From Candidatus Altimarinota bacterium (GTDB lineage: Bacteria > Patescibacteriota > Gracilibacteria > CAIRYL01): a DNA stretch of 64,000 nt. The stretch covers positions 1 through 64,000 of the forward strand of contig OZ252287.1 of NCBI GenBank assembly GCA_965250085.1, given 5' to 3'. Under the pieces are notes generated by a model, which was not told the origin of the DNA, ran no database searches, and worked only from the letters and a program-made list of their open reading frames with translations. Each line of letters starts with the position of its first letter. Position 1 is the stretch's first letter. Position numbers and translations under genes: made by a program. Shown piece by piece: positions 48,318 to 59,618 of this stretch.

Positions 48318-49199
48318 ATGAATAAGAAGATCACCCGCATCGGTATCGCCTGTCAGAAGAAGCTTGAAAATCCAAAAGTTCTTGAAAGCGTCATGCATTG
48401 CTTGATTGCGAGTAAAAAAGAAGTTTTTTTGCTGCCACATACAAAAGAAAACCTTCTCCACGAACATGATGAGCTTCCCTACGTTGAAGATCTTTCAAAA
48501 GAAGATCCTTTACACCTGATCATTGCGCTTGGCGGAGATGGTACCATTCTCAGAACGGTGCACAGACTTTCTTCTTTTGATACATATCTTTTTGGAATTA
48601 ATGCTGGACACCTCGGGTTTCTTTCCGAAGTTCAACCCGACAATTTAGAAAATACATGTCTGAGAATTTGGGATTCTGTTTATACAATAGATGAGAGAAT
48701 GCTTCTTGATATCAAAATTCAGAAAAAAGACGGAAAAACAATCTCATACCATGCTCTGAACGAAGTTGTTGTCTCTCAGTCAGCAGTGGCAAGACTCATT
48801 GAACTTCCGGTCACCATTGGCGATCAGCCTCTCACTGTGTTTCGTGCAGATGGACTCATTGTTGCCACACCAACCGGTTCTACCGCGTACAATCTTTCTG
48901 CTGGAGGTCCCATCTTGCATCCACGAATAGAGGCTATTATTTTGACACCCATTGCTCCGTTTTCACTCAGCCAAAAACCTCTTGTGATTCCTGCAGAAAA
49001 GACAATCACCTTTGAGGTGACCGATTGTAATCGTGAGAATATGGTACTTACGATTGATGGACAGGAGACAGAACCTCTCCATTGTGGAGACAAAGTCACT
49101 ATTGCCGAGCATCCAAAAAAGGTAAAGTTTCTCCGTCTCCCCGAGGAAAGCTACTTCAATACCCTCAGAGAAAAACTAAAATGGGGAGAAAGACTCTAA
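48318..49199 (+). CDS. nadK: NAD(+) kinase
   Basis: LGGDGT, GHLGFL, ALNE, DGLIVATPTGSTAYNLSAGGP. Confidence 0.96.
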   Translation: MNKKITRIGIACQKKLENPKVLESVMHCLIASKKEVFLLPHTKENLLHEHDELPYVEDLSKEDPLHLIIALGGDGTILRTVHRLSSFDTYLFGINAGHLGFLSEVQPDNLENTCLRIWDSVYTIDERMLLDIKIQKKDGKTISYHALNEVVVSQSAVARLIELPVTIGDQPLTVFRADGLIVATPTGSTAYNLSAGGPILHPRIEAIILTPIAPFSLSQKPLVIPAEKTITFEVTDCNRENMVLTIDGQETEPLHCGDKVTIAEHPKKVKFLRLPEESYFNTLREKLKWGERL

Positions 49200-49212
49200 A
49201 TAAACTCATACT

Positions 49213-50490
49213 ATGAACCTCCACCACCAACTTGACTTGGCTCGCACCGCATCGCATGAAACAGCGCTTCTCAGCACTGAGCAAAAAAACAAGGTGTTGC
49301 AGACTCTTGCTGCAATGTTGCGGAATGAAACAGATCAAATTATAGAAGAAAACACCAAAGATATGGAGAGGGGAAAAAAAAACAATCTGGGATCAATGCT
49401 CGATAGGCTCATGCTGAGCAATAAACGAATAGATGCTATCGCCTCTGACACAGAAAATGTAGCTGCTCTCCATGATTTTGTAGGAGAGACTATTCACGAA
49501 AAAAATCATGAAAATGGTATGAGAATCAAAAAAATACGTACTTCTATAGGAGTAATCGGCATGATTTATGAAGCCCGACCAAACGTAACGGTTGATGCTG
49601 CTGTACTCGCGCTTAAAAGCGGGAATACCATTGTTCTCAAAGGTGGAGAAGATGCGGCACATTCAAATCGTGTATTGGTAAAAATAATGAGAGAAGCACT
49701 CAAATCACACGATATCACTCCTGAGGCAATACAACTTCTTGATGGTGCGACAAGGGCAGACGCCGTAGAACTGATGAAAGCGAATGGAAAAATAGATATT
49801 TTAATCCCACGAGGAAGTAATCGACTTATCGCAGCAGTAAAAGAAAATGCAACAGTACCTGTTATTGAAACAGGAGCCAGCCCTGTTCATACCATAGTGG
49901 ATGAATCAGCAGATCTTGATATGGCAGTTTCCATTTGTGTAAATGAAAAAGTGCGTCGTACCTCGGTATGCAATGCCCTTGATACTATATTAGTTCATGA
50001 AAAAATTTCTGATCACTTTTTAAAAAAACTTATTCTTGCTCTGCAAGAAAGTGCAGAGAAAAAAGGCCATCCATCAGTTGCAGTACATGCAGATCAAAAA
50101 AGTTTTGAAGCATTTTCTACAGCTGGGTATGAATCACTTCATAAGCACTCAGAGGGGGATTACGACATTGAATGGCTGAATTATGCGATGAATATACGAG
50201 TTGTAAAAAACTTTAATGAAGCCCTCCAGCACGTTCAAAAATACTCTCTTGGACACTCGGAAAGTGTTGTCACAAAAAATGATGACAATGCGCAAAGATT
50301 TTTGAACGAAATCGATGCAGCATGTGTATATCACAATGTCAGTACCTGCTTTACTGATGGAGCCGAGTTTGGACTTGGTGCAGAAATTGGTATCTCTACT
50401 CAAAAGCTTCACGCTCGAGGACCATTTGCTCTTGAAGCACTGACAACGGTTAAGTGGGTAGTTACTGGGGAAGGACAGACAAGAGAATAA
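49213..50490 (+). CDS. proA: glutamate-5-semialdehyde dehydrogenase
   Basis: IYEARPNVT, IPRGS, SVCNALDT, FTDGAEFGLGAEIGISTQKLHARGP. Confidence 0.96.
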   Translation: MNLHHQLDLARTASHETALLSTEQKNKVLQTLAAMLRNETDQIIEENTKDMERGKKNNLGSMLDRLMLSNKRIDAIASDTENVAALHDFVGETIHEKNHENGMRIKKIRTSIGVIGMIYEARPNVTVDAAVLALKSGNTIVLKGGEDAAHSNRVLVKIMREALKSHDITPEAIQLLDGATRADAVELMKANGKIDILIPRGSNRLIAAVKENATVPVIETGASPVHTIVDESADLDMAVSICVNEKVRRTSVCNALDTILVHEKISDHFLKKLILALQESAEKKGHPSVAVHADQKSFEAFSTAGYESLHKHSEGDYDIEWLNYAMNIRVVKNFNEALQHVQKYSLGHSESVVTKNDDNAQRFLNEIDAACVYHNVSTCFTDGAEFGLGAEIGISTQKLHARGPFALEALTTVKWVVTGEGQTRE

Positions 50491-50504
50491 TTGCAGAGGT
50501 CTCC

Positions 50505-50753
50505 TTAGCCAAAAAAACCTCCTTCGATAAGAACTCTCAACACTTCACTTCCAACTTCTCTTGCTGCTTCTGGATCAGGTTTTTTCATAACGTCTCCAAC
50601 TTCTCCTCGAGCACCTTCTGTTATCCCTTTAAATTCTATGGGAATACTTGTTTGGAATATCTCAGAGGGGTATTGTCGATTTTTTTCTGAACTCTCTCCT
50701 GAAAGAAAAGCAGCAGCACTCAATGTAAGAACAGGAAGAAGTCGTTTTTTCAT
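50505..50753 (-). CDS. small, possibly secreted hypothetical protein
   Basis: MKKRLLPVLTLSAAAFL signal-like start at ATG 50753. Confidence 0.5.
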   Translation of the reverse strand: MKKRLLPVLTLSAAAFLSGESSEKNRQYPSEIFQTSIPIEFKGITEGARGEVGDVMKKPDPEAAREVGSEVLRVLIEGGFFG

Positions 50754-50927
50754 GAGCGCATTATAAAAACTATCATAATAGTGTATAAAAAAATTATACT
50801 TGTCAACATTTTTTATACAATAAATTCCTTCAGCAATTTTTTCTTTCTGATATAATGGAGGCAGAAGTTCTGAATTTAGGATTTGTAACCTCATTCAAAA
50901 TTTAAAATTTAACATTCAAAATTTCTT

Positions 50928-52025
50928 GTGAACACATTTGGACATCTTTTCCGGGTTACGACTTTTGGAGAATCGCATGGAGGTGCTGTGGGGTGCGTGA
51001 TAGACGGATGTCCTTCTCAAATCGAAATCTCAAAGGAAGAGATAGAAGCAGAACTGAGCCGACGCGCAACCGGACAAAGCGAAGTAACTTCTGGTCGCAA
51101 AGAGCCAGATACAGTAGAGATTCTTTCTGGCATCTTTGAAGGCAAGACTCTCGGGACGCCTCTCTGCATGCTCACCAGAAATAAAGACGCAAGAAAAGAA
51201 GATTATGAATATTTAAAAGATAAATATCGTCCGAGCCACGCGGATTTTACGTATGAAAAAAAATATGGAATTCGAGCTTGGACCGGAGGAGGAAGAGCTA
51301 GTGCACGCGAAACGACCGCACGTGTTATGGCAGGAGCAATTGCAAAAAAAATACTGCAGTCTGAATGTGGTACAGAGGTCTTGGCGTATGTTTCCCAGGT
51401 TAAAGATATTACAGCGGAAGTGAATACAGAGACTTTAATTCTTAAGGATATTGAGTCTAGTGCGATGAGGTGTCCAGATCCGAATGTGGCAAAAAAAATG
51501 GAGCAATTAGTACTCCAAATGAAAGAAGAGGGGAATTCAGTAGGAGGTACGGTTTCTTGCGTGGTCAAAAACATGCTTCTGGGGCTCGGCGATCCAGTAT
51601 TTGGAAAATTGGAAGCGTCGCTTGCGAGAGCGGTGATGTCACTTCCAGCAACAAAAGGGTTTGAAATTGGTTCTGGATTTGCAGGAACGCACCTTACGGG
51701 AAAAGATCACAATGATGAATTTTATGCCCAATCAGATGGCTCAATTGGCACTAAAACGAATAATTCTGGAGGAATCCAAGGAGGAATTTCAAATGGAGAA
51801 GATATTCTTTTGAATATTGCTTTTAAGCCCACATCGACTATTTCACAATCTCAAGAAACAGTAGACGCAAAGGGAAACAATGTGGAACTTAAAAATATTA
51901 CGGGTCGGCACGACCCGTGTGTACTCCCCCGTGCGGTGCCGATTGTGGAAGCAATGGTAGCTCTTACGCTGGTAGATCACTTGCTTTTAGACAGAGCACA
52001 GAATGCAAGAGTGAACAACACATAG
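50928..52025 (+). CDS. aroC: chorismate synthase
   Basis: [38 protein letters not shown]. Confidence 0.97.
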   Translation: MNTFGHLFRVTTFGESHGGAVGCVIDGCPSQIEISKEEIEAELSRRATGQSEVTSGRKEPDTVEILSGIFEGKTLGTPLCMLTRNKDARKEDYEYLKDKYRPSHADFTYEKKYGIRAWTGGGRASARETTARVMAGAIAKKILQSECGTEVLAYVSQVKDITAEVNTETLILKDIESSAMRCPDPNVAKKMEQLVLQMKEEGNSVGGTVSCVVKNMLLGLGDPVFGKLEASLARAVMSLPATKGFEIGSGFAGTHLTGKDHNDEFYAQSDGSIGTKTNNSGGIQGGISNGEDILLNIAFKPTSTISQSQETVDAKGNNVELKNITGRHDPCVLPRAVPIVEAMVALTLVDHLLLDRAQNARVNNT

Positions 52026-52110
52026 GACTCTCAAATTTCAAAGATGTCCAAAAATATTTGAAAACAAGGGATAAAAGTGATACAATGATCCGATCATTTT
52101 AATTACAGAT

Positions 52111-52320
52111 ATGTTTGGAAAGATAAAAAATCACATCAATTCTTTTTTTATTGTCCATGAGGACGAGCAAGGATTTGGAGTGGAAGTAACACTCGCGATA
52201 CTGGCGCTCTTTTTTCTGGCAATCGCTCTGTTTATTTCATTTGAAAGCAATGCCCACGACTTTGATGCAAATATTGTATCAGGAGTGGAAGATCAAAATA
52301 TGTCAGGAAGCATTCAGTAA
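52111..52320 (+). CDS. small membrane protein
   Basis: 69-aa ORF with one TM, upstream -10-like TACAAT and a downstream terminator. Confidence 0.55.
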   Translation: MFGKIKNHINSFFIVHEDEQGFGVEVTLAILALFFLAIALFISFESNAHDFDANIVSGVEDQNMSGSIQ

Positions 52321-52351
52321 AAACAGAGATTCCTTTCACGATAGAAATCCT

Positions 52352-52376
52352 AAAAGTGCACATTTGTGCGCTTTTT
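52352..52376 (+). terminator. intrinsic terminator
   Basis: aaaagtgcaca-tt-tgtgcgctttt inverted repeat ending in a T run. Confidence 0.65.
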
Positions 52377-52404
52377 GTGTGCAAAAAATAGGTTCATAAA
52401 CTCT

Positions 52405-52539
52405 TTGACAAAAAAGCAAATACTATTGTATAAAAGTTCTCCCTGCAGACATTTTTCCCGAGAGAAAACATCTGTGTATTTAGAGTCTCCGTTTTTTTCC
52501 AAAAAAACATTTGACAAATATTTTTTTTCTATGTAAAGT
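52405..52539 (+). promoter_or_regulatory. two tandem sigma70 promoters of the giant surface protein gene
   Basis: TTGACA-18-TATAAA (52405-52434) and TTGACA-17-TG.TAAAGT (52511-52539). Confidence 0.6.
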
Positions 52540-52578
52540 CGTCTCCTTTTTGGATTTTTCCCTTTAATCTCTTTTCCA

Positions 52579-55500
52579 ATGGAAAGTACAACATTTTCTT
52601 TTTCGCGTGTATTTCGTGCGATTTTTTATTCACTTTTTGCAATCTTAAGCACTGCATTTCTTTTCCTCTATGGTGGAGCAAAACCATCTACAGACAACGC
52701 TCTTGCTGCAGGCACCTGCAGTTATGATGCAGTACTAGAAGTAGTAGGGGGAGGAGATCCTATGGATATAGAGAAAGGAGAAGCACTAGAATTTGTATCC
52801 TCAATTCAAAATAGAAGTGCAGATTGTAATACGAGTGACGTAGGGAATAACAGTAAGACATATCGGAAGCTAGAAGTAGATGCCGATGGGAACGGAGAAT
52901 ATGAATATACAAGTGACTGGACATCATGCTATTCGACAACGTGTAAAACAGACAGACATCCGCCAAGATTCACCTATAGCAAAGCAGGACAATATACAGC
53001 AAGAACAAGAATTACCTGGAGAGAAAACCCGAATGGGACAGTAATAGAAGAAGACACTGTTACCATAAACGTAAAAGCCCCACCAGTAATCATAGATCCT
53101 GCATGTAACCTGAATGATCCTGATGGAGCAGGAGACAAGTTTATTCTTGTAAACTTCCAGCCATTCTATCAAGGAGGGAAGAAGATATTTGGGAATTATG
53201 GACCTGCAGATGCAGTTATGGGACCTGTGGGAGTGAATGTTCCCTCAGGAGTGTATAAGATAGAAGCGACCTCATTTGATGACCATAGCCAACAGACGAG
53301 TGATAAAGTCACAAGCCAACAGAGAGAACAATGGGTACTGAGATTCCAGAATGGAGGAGGATCAGTGCTGGCCCAGACGAGAGCGACAAATGATGTACCG
53401 AACAACGCAGACCAGATAAGCCATGTACTGGAGACAGGTTTTGTGATACCAGCGAATGTAAGCAAAGTAGATGCGTATCATGCAGCCTATCCGGGAGCAT
53501 CTACACCAGAGAGTGTGACACCGGTATGTGCTCTTCTGGAAAATATTACACCCCCAGAACCAACATGTAGCTTTAATGCTGATCCTTCTCAGATAGTAGT
53601 GGGCGACTCCAGTACTCTTTCATGGAGCACCACCAATGCAGGCAATGTTGTTATTTCCAATATTGGAAGTGTAAGTGCTAATGGAAATCAAAATGTGACC
53701 CCGGCAACAACTACAATTTATGAGCTTACAGCAACGGGTCTTGGAGGAGAGGCGATATGTTATGCAACAGTTACAGTGGAGCCCCTTCCAGACGAACCTA
53801 GTTGTTCTAATTTTACGGCCAATCCAGATTCAATATATGTTGGTGAGTCAACAACGCTCGATTGGACACAAGTCAACGGTGTCTCTGCTTCCATTGATAA
53901 TGGAGTAGGAGCGGTACCATTAAATGGACCAAAATCGGTTTCACCAAATCAAACGACAACATATACCCTTACAATTACTGGTGCGCCTGGAACGACTCCA
54001 GACGAGTGTGAAGCCACGGTTACAGTAAATCCACTGCCACCACTGGATTGCGAACTGAATGTGATTCCCAATCCAGTTTTAGAAGGAAGTGGAGCTCAGG
54101 TATGCTGGACTCTTACGGGATCTCCCCTTGATGGGAATTTGATTTCTAACGATCCTGGTGTTTTCATCCCTGGTCCAAATAATTTTACTCAAGATGGATG
54201 CGCTTCCAATGTGGGACCATTCACGATTGATCCTACCAACTTTACCCTTAGTATTTCTGATGTCTTTGGACAGCAAGCTTCGTGTAATATTGCTGTAGAA
54301 GTCAATCCACCTACTCCAGATAAAGCAGATGTGTATATTGATAAAGTGGTCTTGTCTCCTCAGCCTCCTCAAGGAGAAATAGGAGATATCTTTACCTATC
54401 GACTCAATTTTGGAAACAATGGTCCTGATACAGCCGTCAATGTACGGGTGATAGATGTGTATGACGCGACCAGAGTTTCTATTGTACAGTTTATCGGCAT
54501 GAGTGCAGGAGTCAGCTGTCAGGATATTCCCAATCCGCCAAATGGCAATCCGCGTATTGTATGTACTGCAGGAGATTTATCTGCTGGCGAGAGTAGATTT
54601 GTAGAATACCAAGCTGTCGCCATTGCTCCTGGAGAAGCTGTCAATAGAGCTCGTGTGGCAACAGACACAGAGGATACAAATCCTGATAACAATCATGATG
54701 AAGAGAGGGTCTTTATTGATCTTCCCGAAGCTCCAACTTGTACTCTGAGTGCAGAGCCAAATCCAGTGACCGCTGAACAATCAATAGAGCTTTGCTGGAC
54801 GGTGATCGGAGGATCAGGGAATGGAATTTTAGATTCAGAACCAGATGCTTCTATTCCCGGTCCAAATGATTTTTCTCAGGACGGATGTGTGTCTCCTGTA
54901 GGCCCTATTGTCCAAAATACTGATTTTACACTTACCGTTTTTGATCAATTCCAGCAATCAGGACAATGTGCAGTAGCTGTTGAAGTAGAAGAACCGCAGG
55001 ACATAGATGTTACTGTCACCAAGGAAGCGAACCCTATCAGTTCTTTTTCAGAAGGAACGGTTACCTATACTCTCACCTACCAAAACTTGGGAACTGATCC
55101 TGCAATGAATGTCACCCTTGAAGATAGTATTGATCTTATAAACTCTACCGGATCAGCGAGCGATTTTATGATTACTGAGCAACCAACTACTGGAGGAGTA
55201 TGTGTTCCAAAGGTAACTGATGACGGTATTATTTGTGTTCTTAACGATCTTGCTGCTAATGCATCCGGAACTATTACCTACACAGCAAAAGTCAGTGGGA
55301 ACGCGGGAGATGTGATCCTTAATGACGTTGAAATCTCAGCAACCAATGAGCCACCTGCAAATCAAGGAAATAATACAGATGATGCTATGGTGACTATCAT
55401 AGAAAGCCTTGAGCCAGATGTTTCGATTATGAAAGAAGTAAATCCGGCAGAAGTATTTCCTGGAGACATAGTGACCTATACACTCGACTATGCAAATGTC

Positions 55501-58500
55501 GGTCTGGAGGTAGCATACAATGTTACTGTTATTGATCAGGTACAAAATTCTTCTACTGGTACTATCCACACGCTGGAAGTACAACCCCCTGCAGATGGAT
55601 TTTGTAATGTAGACGAACCAAATCTCAAAATTACGTGTTCTCTGGGAACTTTGAACCCTGGAGATACTGGAACTATTGTCTATACCGCTATCGCTGGTGA
55701 AAACCTTACCAATGGGAACCTTTTGGTTGATAATTTGGTAGTGATCAATACCACCAGCAATGATACCAATCCTGTAAACGACACAGACACAGCTCGACTT
55801 ACCATTAAGCCTCCAGTTCCAGAACTTGAACTTGCGAAATCTGTCCTGAATGAAAACTCACAGGAAACTGGAGATGATGTGAAGGCTGATGCAGATGATG
55901 TCCTCACCTATACACTCAGCGCGTCAAATTCTGGCACGGCAGATGTACAGGATTATGTGTTTATCGATGATGTGAATGATATTCTGGAATATGCAGATAT
56001 CGACAGTATCTCTGATGGAGGAGCAGAAAATGCAGGAGTCATTACCTGGCCTGCTATGACCATTCCTTTCGGTCAGACCGTAAGCGTTACATTTGAAGTT
56101 ACTGTAAAAGCAGAAAACGACTGGCCACAATCAGACTTTACCCTTACCAATATCTTTGGAAACTTTGTCACCGTACGCCTCGAACAACCTGATCTGGCGA
56201 TTACGATCAATGTAGATGACACCTCAGTGCCACCAACTATTGTGGGACCACCACGAGTACCCACCCTGCTCACCTATGATCTGATTTGGGAAAACCTGGG
56301 AAATATCGATATGGAACAAACAATTGTTACCGTTGATTGTGCTGATGATGCGATCAATATCTTGAGTGCCTCTGGAGCGCTGAGTATAGACAATGTAAAC
56401 AATATCATTGTCTGGGACTTAGGAACGGTACTGGCTGGCAGCAGCGGACCACTTACCTTTGAGGCAGAACTGCAAGATGGATATGGAGAACTCACTCCAG
56501 AATCATTTGATTGTACTGCTCATATTGAAAGCGCTGTAATTCCCGTAGCAAGTGAAACCAACCAACTCAACAACGATGATGATGTCACTGTAGTCGTTGA
56601 TGAAAACAATAGAGACTCAATAGCAAAACGTGTTACCAATCTTAGTACAGGGATTACTTCCACAGCCGTTCAAGCGCAACCTGGTGATGAAATTGAATAC
56701 GTGCTTTCATATACTGCTGGAGATGTTGATATGAATGGATATGTCTTTAATGATGATGTAACAGATGTTCTGGAGCTTTCCAACCTGGTATACAATGATC
56801 CACCAGCAAATACTTCACTCTTTGGAGGAGGAGTTCTGAATGGCAATACTATCACTTGGGATAATGGAGGAGCAGGATTTGATGTTCCTGCTTTCCAAAC
56901 ACAGGAAGTCAAGTTTCGTATTGTGATCTTTGACGAGGAGACACTTTCTCAGCATCAAGGAGATTTTGTTCTGACAAATATTTTTGGAAACGTGACAACA
57001 ACAGTTACTCTTCCGAGTTTACAGAAATCAAAAACAGTTGCAATCAATGGAGGGTCAGAAGTTATTGCGAGCAATGCAGAGGCAGGAGATATTCTCACTT
57101 ACAATCTGTATGTAGAGAATATAGGAGCCGCTACGCACAACGCATTTGTTGTAGAAGATGACGTTAGCGATATCCTAGAATATGCCACTGTGATCGATTC
57201 TGGAGGAGGAATAATCGATACCAATGCATTTGGAGAGCAAATTATTTCATGGCCTCCAGCTGATATTGCTGCAGGAGACACTCTTGTGAAAACATTCCAA
57301 GTGCAAATTCTCAATCCACTTCCACAAGGAGGTGACTTCACCCTGAGAAATGCTTATGGAAACAGTGTGACTGTTGTTACTATTCCAGATTTGAATATCT
57401 CAAAATCAGTGCTTAATACTGATACTCAAGAGCAGGGAACGAATGTAAATGCTGATGAAAATCATGTTCTGGTATATACCCTGACAGCAAATAATACTGG
57501 AAGTGCCGATTTTCTCAACTTCGTCTTCTCAGATGATGTGAATGACATTCTGGAATATGCTGTTCTCGGATCTATTTCTGATGGAGGAGCTGAGGCAGGG
57601 GGAGCGATTACCTGGCCGGCAATGGATGTCCCCAATGGACAATCAGTCAGTGTGACTTTTGAAGTAACCGTCAATGCTACAGCAAATTGGCCAGCAAATT
57701 CTGATTTCCGAATGGAAAATATCTTTGGAAATACTGTTGTGGTGGAACTCCCAGGAGTCGTAGAAGTGGATACTCACATTGAAAAAACAGTTGATACCGT
57801 CGTAGCGATCCCTGGACAAGTGCTCACCTATACTCTGACGTACTTTAATGAAGGCAACGATATAGCAACCAATGTGACCATAGAAGATGATATTGATGAA
57901 TCCAAACTTGATATTGATCTCAATTCTCTTCCTGCCAACTGTGCATACGTTGATCTGGGTGATCCACTTAAGATAAATGGTGGACCCATGGGGATCAGAT
58001 GCAGCTCCATCGATCTGGAAAAAACAACTCCTGCACAGGTCATAACCTATATGGCAACCGTCAAAGATGACGCCACAGGAGACATTATCAACACTGCTGA
58101 GATTAATCAGGATGAAGTAGATATTGATCCTTCAGACAATCAATCATCAGCAACAGTTCCAGTAGAAACAGATGTCAATCTTTCTATTGTTAAGATCGCA
58201 AATCCAGTGAGCTTGGTGACCGGACAACAAACTCAATATGCTATTACGGTCACGAATGATTCGTCAATTGCACAAAGCTTTACCGTAACCGATGTTCTGG
58301 GTGCTGGAAACAATGGAGGATCACTCACCTTTCTCCCTTCAACAGTTTCATTTGTATTTAGTGCAGGAGGCAGTGCTTCAGGAAACTCACCCTTTATCAT
58401 TACCGATCTGGAAGGGAGTGGAAACACTGTGACCATTACGTACAACGCTACGGCTAGTAACTCTGGTATTCCTACAAACCAAAGTTCACTCTTTACCAAT

Positions 58501-59562
58501 ATTGCGACAATTGTCGAGACTGGTGATACTGCTACAGAAGACGTCTTTGTTGTCGGGCCACGAAGCGGCGGAAGTGGAGGCGGAGGTGGTGGAGGCGGTT
58601 CTCGAATTATTCGAGGATCACTCAATGTCTTTCTCCAAAAAGAGGTATTTGATACCAATATTGATACTTGGAAAGATGCTGACACTGTAGATCTTGCAGC
58701 TTTTGTTGATCCAGGTTCTCAGCAGGAAATTCGATATCGAATTTTGGTGCGAAACGAAGGAAGTATCAAAGGAGATATCACTGTAGAAGACATCTTTAGT
58801 AGCCAAAGCTTGAATAGAGTTGATGTGCAAAATGTTACAGGAGCTACTTGGGATCCACACACACAAGAATTCTTGGTAGAAGATGTCGGAGCGGGGAGCA
58901 CTAAAACGATTGCTTACACTGCTGTAGTTTCTCGTCTTGCTGGCACGTCAAATCCTGTAGCGGTCAATACTGCCACGGTAACTGAAGCAGAACTTTCTTC
59001 AGACCTTCCGAGCAATCGATACATCTTGCAAAGCGTAGAAGGAATTGGTACGAGTGATGATGCGTATGTCAAAACCTTTGGGGGTGATGTAGAACTCAAA
59101 AAACGAGTTGATAAGATCATAGCCAACAGAGGAGAGGAAATACGATATACCCTCACGGTTCGTAATGTAGGATCTGAAAATTTTACAAATGTTCGACTTG
59201 TGGATGAATTCCCATATGAATTCGTAGATATCATTTCTATGAGTCCTGAAGGAGTTCGTCAAGGAAATGCTCTCGTGTTTACCAAAAGTTCACTTGCGCC
59301 CAGCAAACTCTGGATTGTACGAATAACTGCCCGTATCAAAGATGATGTCAAATCCGGAACAGTGATTCCAAACCTCGTCAACGTAGAAGCTGATGGACAA
59401 GACTTTTCTGACAAATGGGTACGAGTAAAGACTTTGGTAGACTTTCCCAAAGCACCGAGGACGCCTGATGTAGGACCCGCTGGAATCTTCTTTGGACTCT
59501 TCCTCTTCAGCACTTCACTCCTCTATATTAGACTTCGAAAAAGAGGCATTCTGAAAATATAG
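52579..59562 (+). CDS. 2327-aa repetitive surface protein (PKD/Ig-like, DUF11 and pilin D2-like repeats, sortase-like anchor)
   Basis: N-terminal TM/signal; repeated K...GD.LTYTL..N.G modules; four DDVxDxLE units; C-terminal TPDVGP + TM + RLRKR. Confidence 0.9.
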   Translation: MESTTFSFSRVFRAIFYSLFAILSTAFLFLYGGAKPSTDNALAAGTCSYDAVLEVVGGGDPMDIEKGEALEFVSSIQNRSADCNTSDVGNNSKTYRKLEVDADGNGEYEYTSDWTSCYSTTCKTDRHPPRFTYSKAGQYTARTRITWRENPNGTVIEEDTVTINVKAPPVIIDPACNLNDPDGAGDKFILVNFQPFYQGGKKIFGNYGPADAVMGPVGVNVPSGVYKIEATSFDDHSQQTSDKVTSQQREQWVLRFQNGGGSVLAQTRATNDVPNNADQISHVLETGFVIPANVSKVDAYHAAYPGASTPESVTPVCALLENITPPEPTCSFNADPSQIVVGDSSTLSWSTTNAGNVVISNIGSVSANGNQNVTPATTTIYELTATGLGGEAICYATVTVEPLPDEPSCSNFTANPDSIYVGESTTLDWTQVNGVSASIDNGVGAVPLNGPKSVSPNQTTTYTLTITGAPGTTPDECEATVTVNPLPPLDCELNVIPNPVLEGSGAQVCWTLTGSPLDGNLISNDPGVFIPGPNNFTQDGCASNVGPFTIDPTNFTLSISDVFGQQASCNIAVEVNPPTPDKADVYIDKVVLSPQPPQGEIGDIFTYRLNFGNNGPDTAVNVRVIDVYDATRVSIVQFIGMSAGVSCQDIPNPPNGNPRIVCTAGDLSAGESRFVEYQAVAIAPGEAVNRARVATDTEDTNPDNNHDEERVFIDLPEAPTCTLSAEPNPVTAEQSIELCWTVIGGSGNGILDSEPDASIPGPNDFSQDGCVSPVGPIVQNTDFTLTVFDQFQQSGQCAVAVEVEEPQDIDVTVTKEANPISSFSEGTVTYTLTYQNLGTDPAMNVTLEDSIDLINSTGSASDFMITEQPTTGGVCVPKVTDDGIICVLNDLAANASGTITYTAKVSGNAGDVILNDVEISATNEPPANQGNNTDDAMVTIIESLEPDVSIMKEVNPAEVFPGDIVTYTLDYANVGLEVAYNVTVIDQVQNSSTGTIHTLEVQPPADGFCNVDEPNLKITCSLGTLNPGDTGTIVYTAIAGENLTNGNLLVDNLVVINTTSNDTNPVNDTDTARLTIKPPVPELELAKSVLNENSQETGDDVKADADDVLTYTLSASNSGTADVQDYVFIDDVNDILEYADIDSISDGGAENAGVITWPAMTIPFGQTVSVTFEVTVKAENDWPQSDFTLTNIFGNFVTVRLEQPDLAITINVDDTSVPPTIVGPPRVPTLLTYDLIWENLGNIDMEQTIVTVDCADDAINILSASGALSIDNVNNIIVWDLGTVLAGSSGPLTFEAELQDGYGELTPESFDCTAHIESAVIPVASETNQLNNDDDVTVVVDENNRDSIAKRVTNLSTGITSTAVQAQPGDEIEYVLSYTAGDVDMNGYVFNDDVTDVLELSNLVYNDPPANTSLFGGGVLNGNTITWDNGGAGFDVPAFQTQEVKFRIVIFDEETLSQHQGDFVLTNIFGNVTTTVTLPSLQKSKTVAINGGSEVIASNAEAGDILTYNLYVENIGAATHNAFVVEDDVSDILEYATVIDSGGGIIDTNAFGEQIISWPPADIAAGDTLVKTFQVQILNPLPQGGDFTLRNAYGNSVTVVTIPDLNISKSVLNTDTQEQGTNVNADENHVLVYTLTANNTGSADFLNFVFSDDVNDILEYAVLGSISDGGAEAGGAITWPAMDVPNGQSVSVTFEVTVNATANWPANSDFRMENIFGNTVVVELPGVVEVDTHIEKTVDTVVAIPGQVLTYTLTYFNEGNDIATNVTIEDDIDESKLDIDLNSLPANCAYVDLGDPLKINGGPMGIRCSSIDLEKTTPAQVITYMATVKDDATGDIINTAEINQDEVDIDPSDNQSSATVPVETDVNLSIVKIANPVSLVTGQQTQYAITVTNDSSIAQSFTVTDVLGAGNNGGSLTFLPSTVSFVFSAGGSASGNSPFIITDLEGSGNTVTITYNATASNSGIPTNQSSLFTNIATIVETGDTATEDVFVVGPRSGGSGGGGGGGGSRIIRGSLNVFLQKEVFDTNIDTWKDADTVDLAAFVDPGSQQEIRYRILVRNEGSIKGDITVEDIFSSQSLNRVDVQNVTGATWDPHTQEFLVEDVGAGSTKTIAYTAVVSRLAGTSNPVAVNTATVTEAELSSDLPSNRYILQSVEGIGTSDDAYVKTFGGDVELKKRVDKIIANRGEEIRYTLTVRNVGSENFTNVRLVDEFPYEFVDIISMSPEGVRQGNALVFTKSSLAPSKLWIVRITARIKDDVKSGTVIPNLVNVEADGQDFSDKWVRVKTLVDFPKAPRTPDVGPAGIFFGLFLFSTSLLYIRLRKRGILKI

Positions 59563-59590
59563 AGTTGCAACATACATCGAAACAAACCTT

Positions 59591-59618
59591 GTAGAGGCTC
59601 AATATATCGAGCCTCTAC
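59591..59618. repeat. GTAG-type REP palindrome / bidirectional terminator
   Basis: GTAGAGGCTC-aatatatc-GAGCCTCTAC; overlaps the TAG stop of the GT2 gene. Confidence 0.7.
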
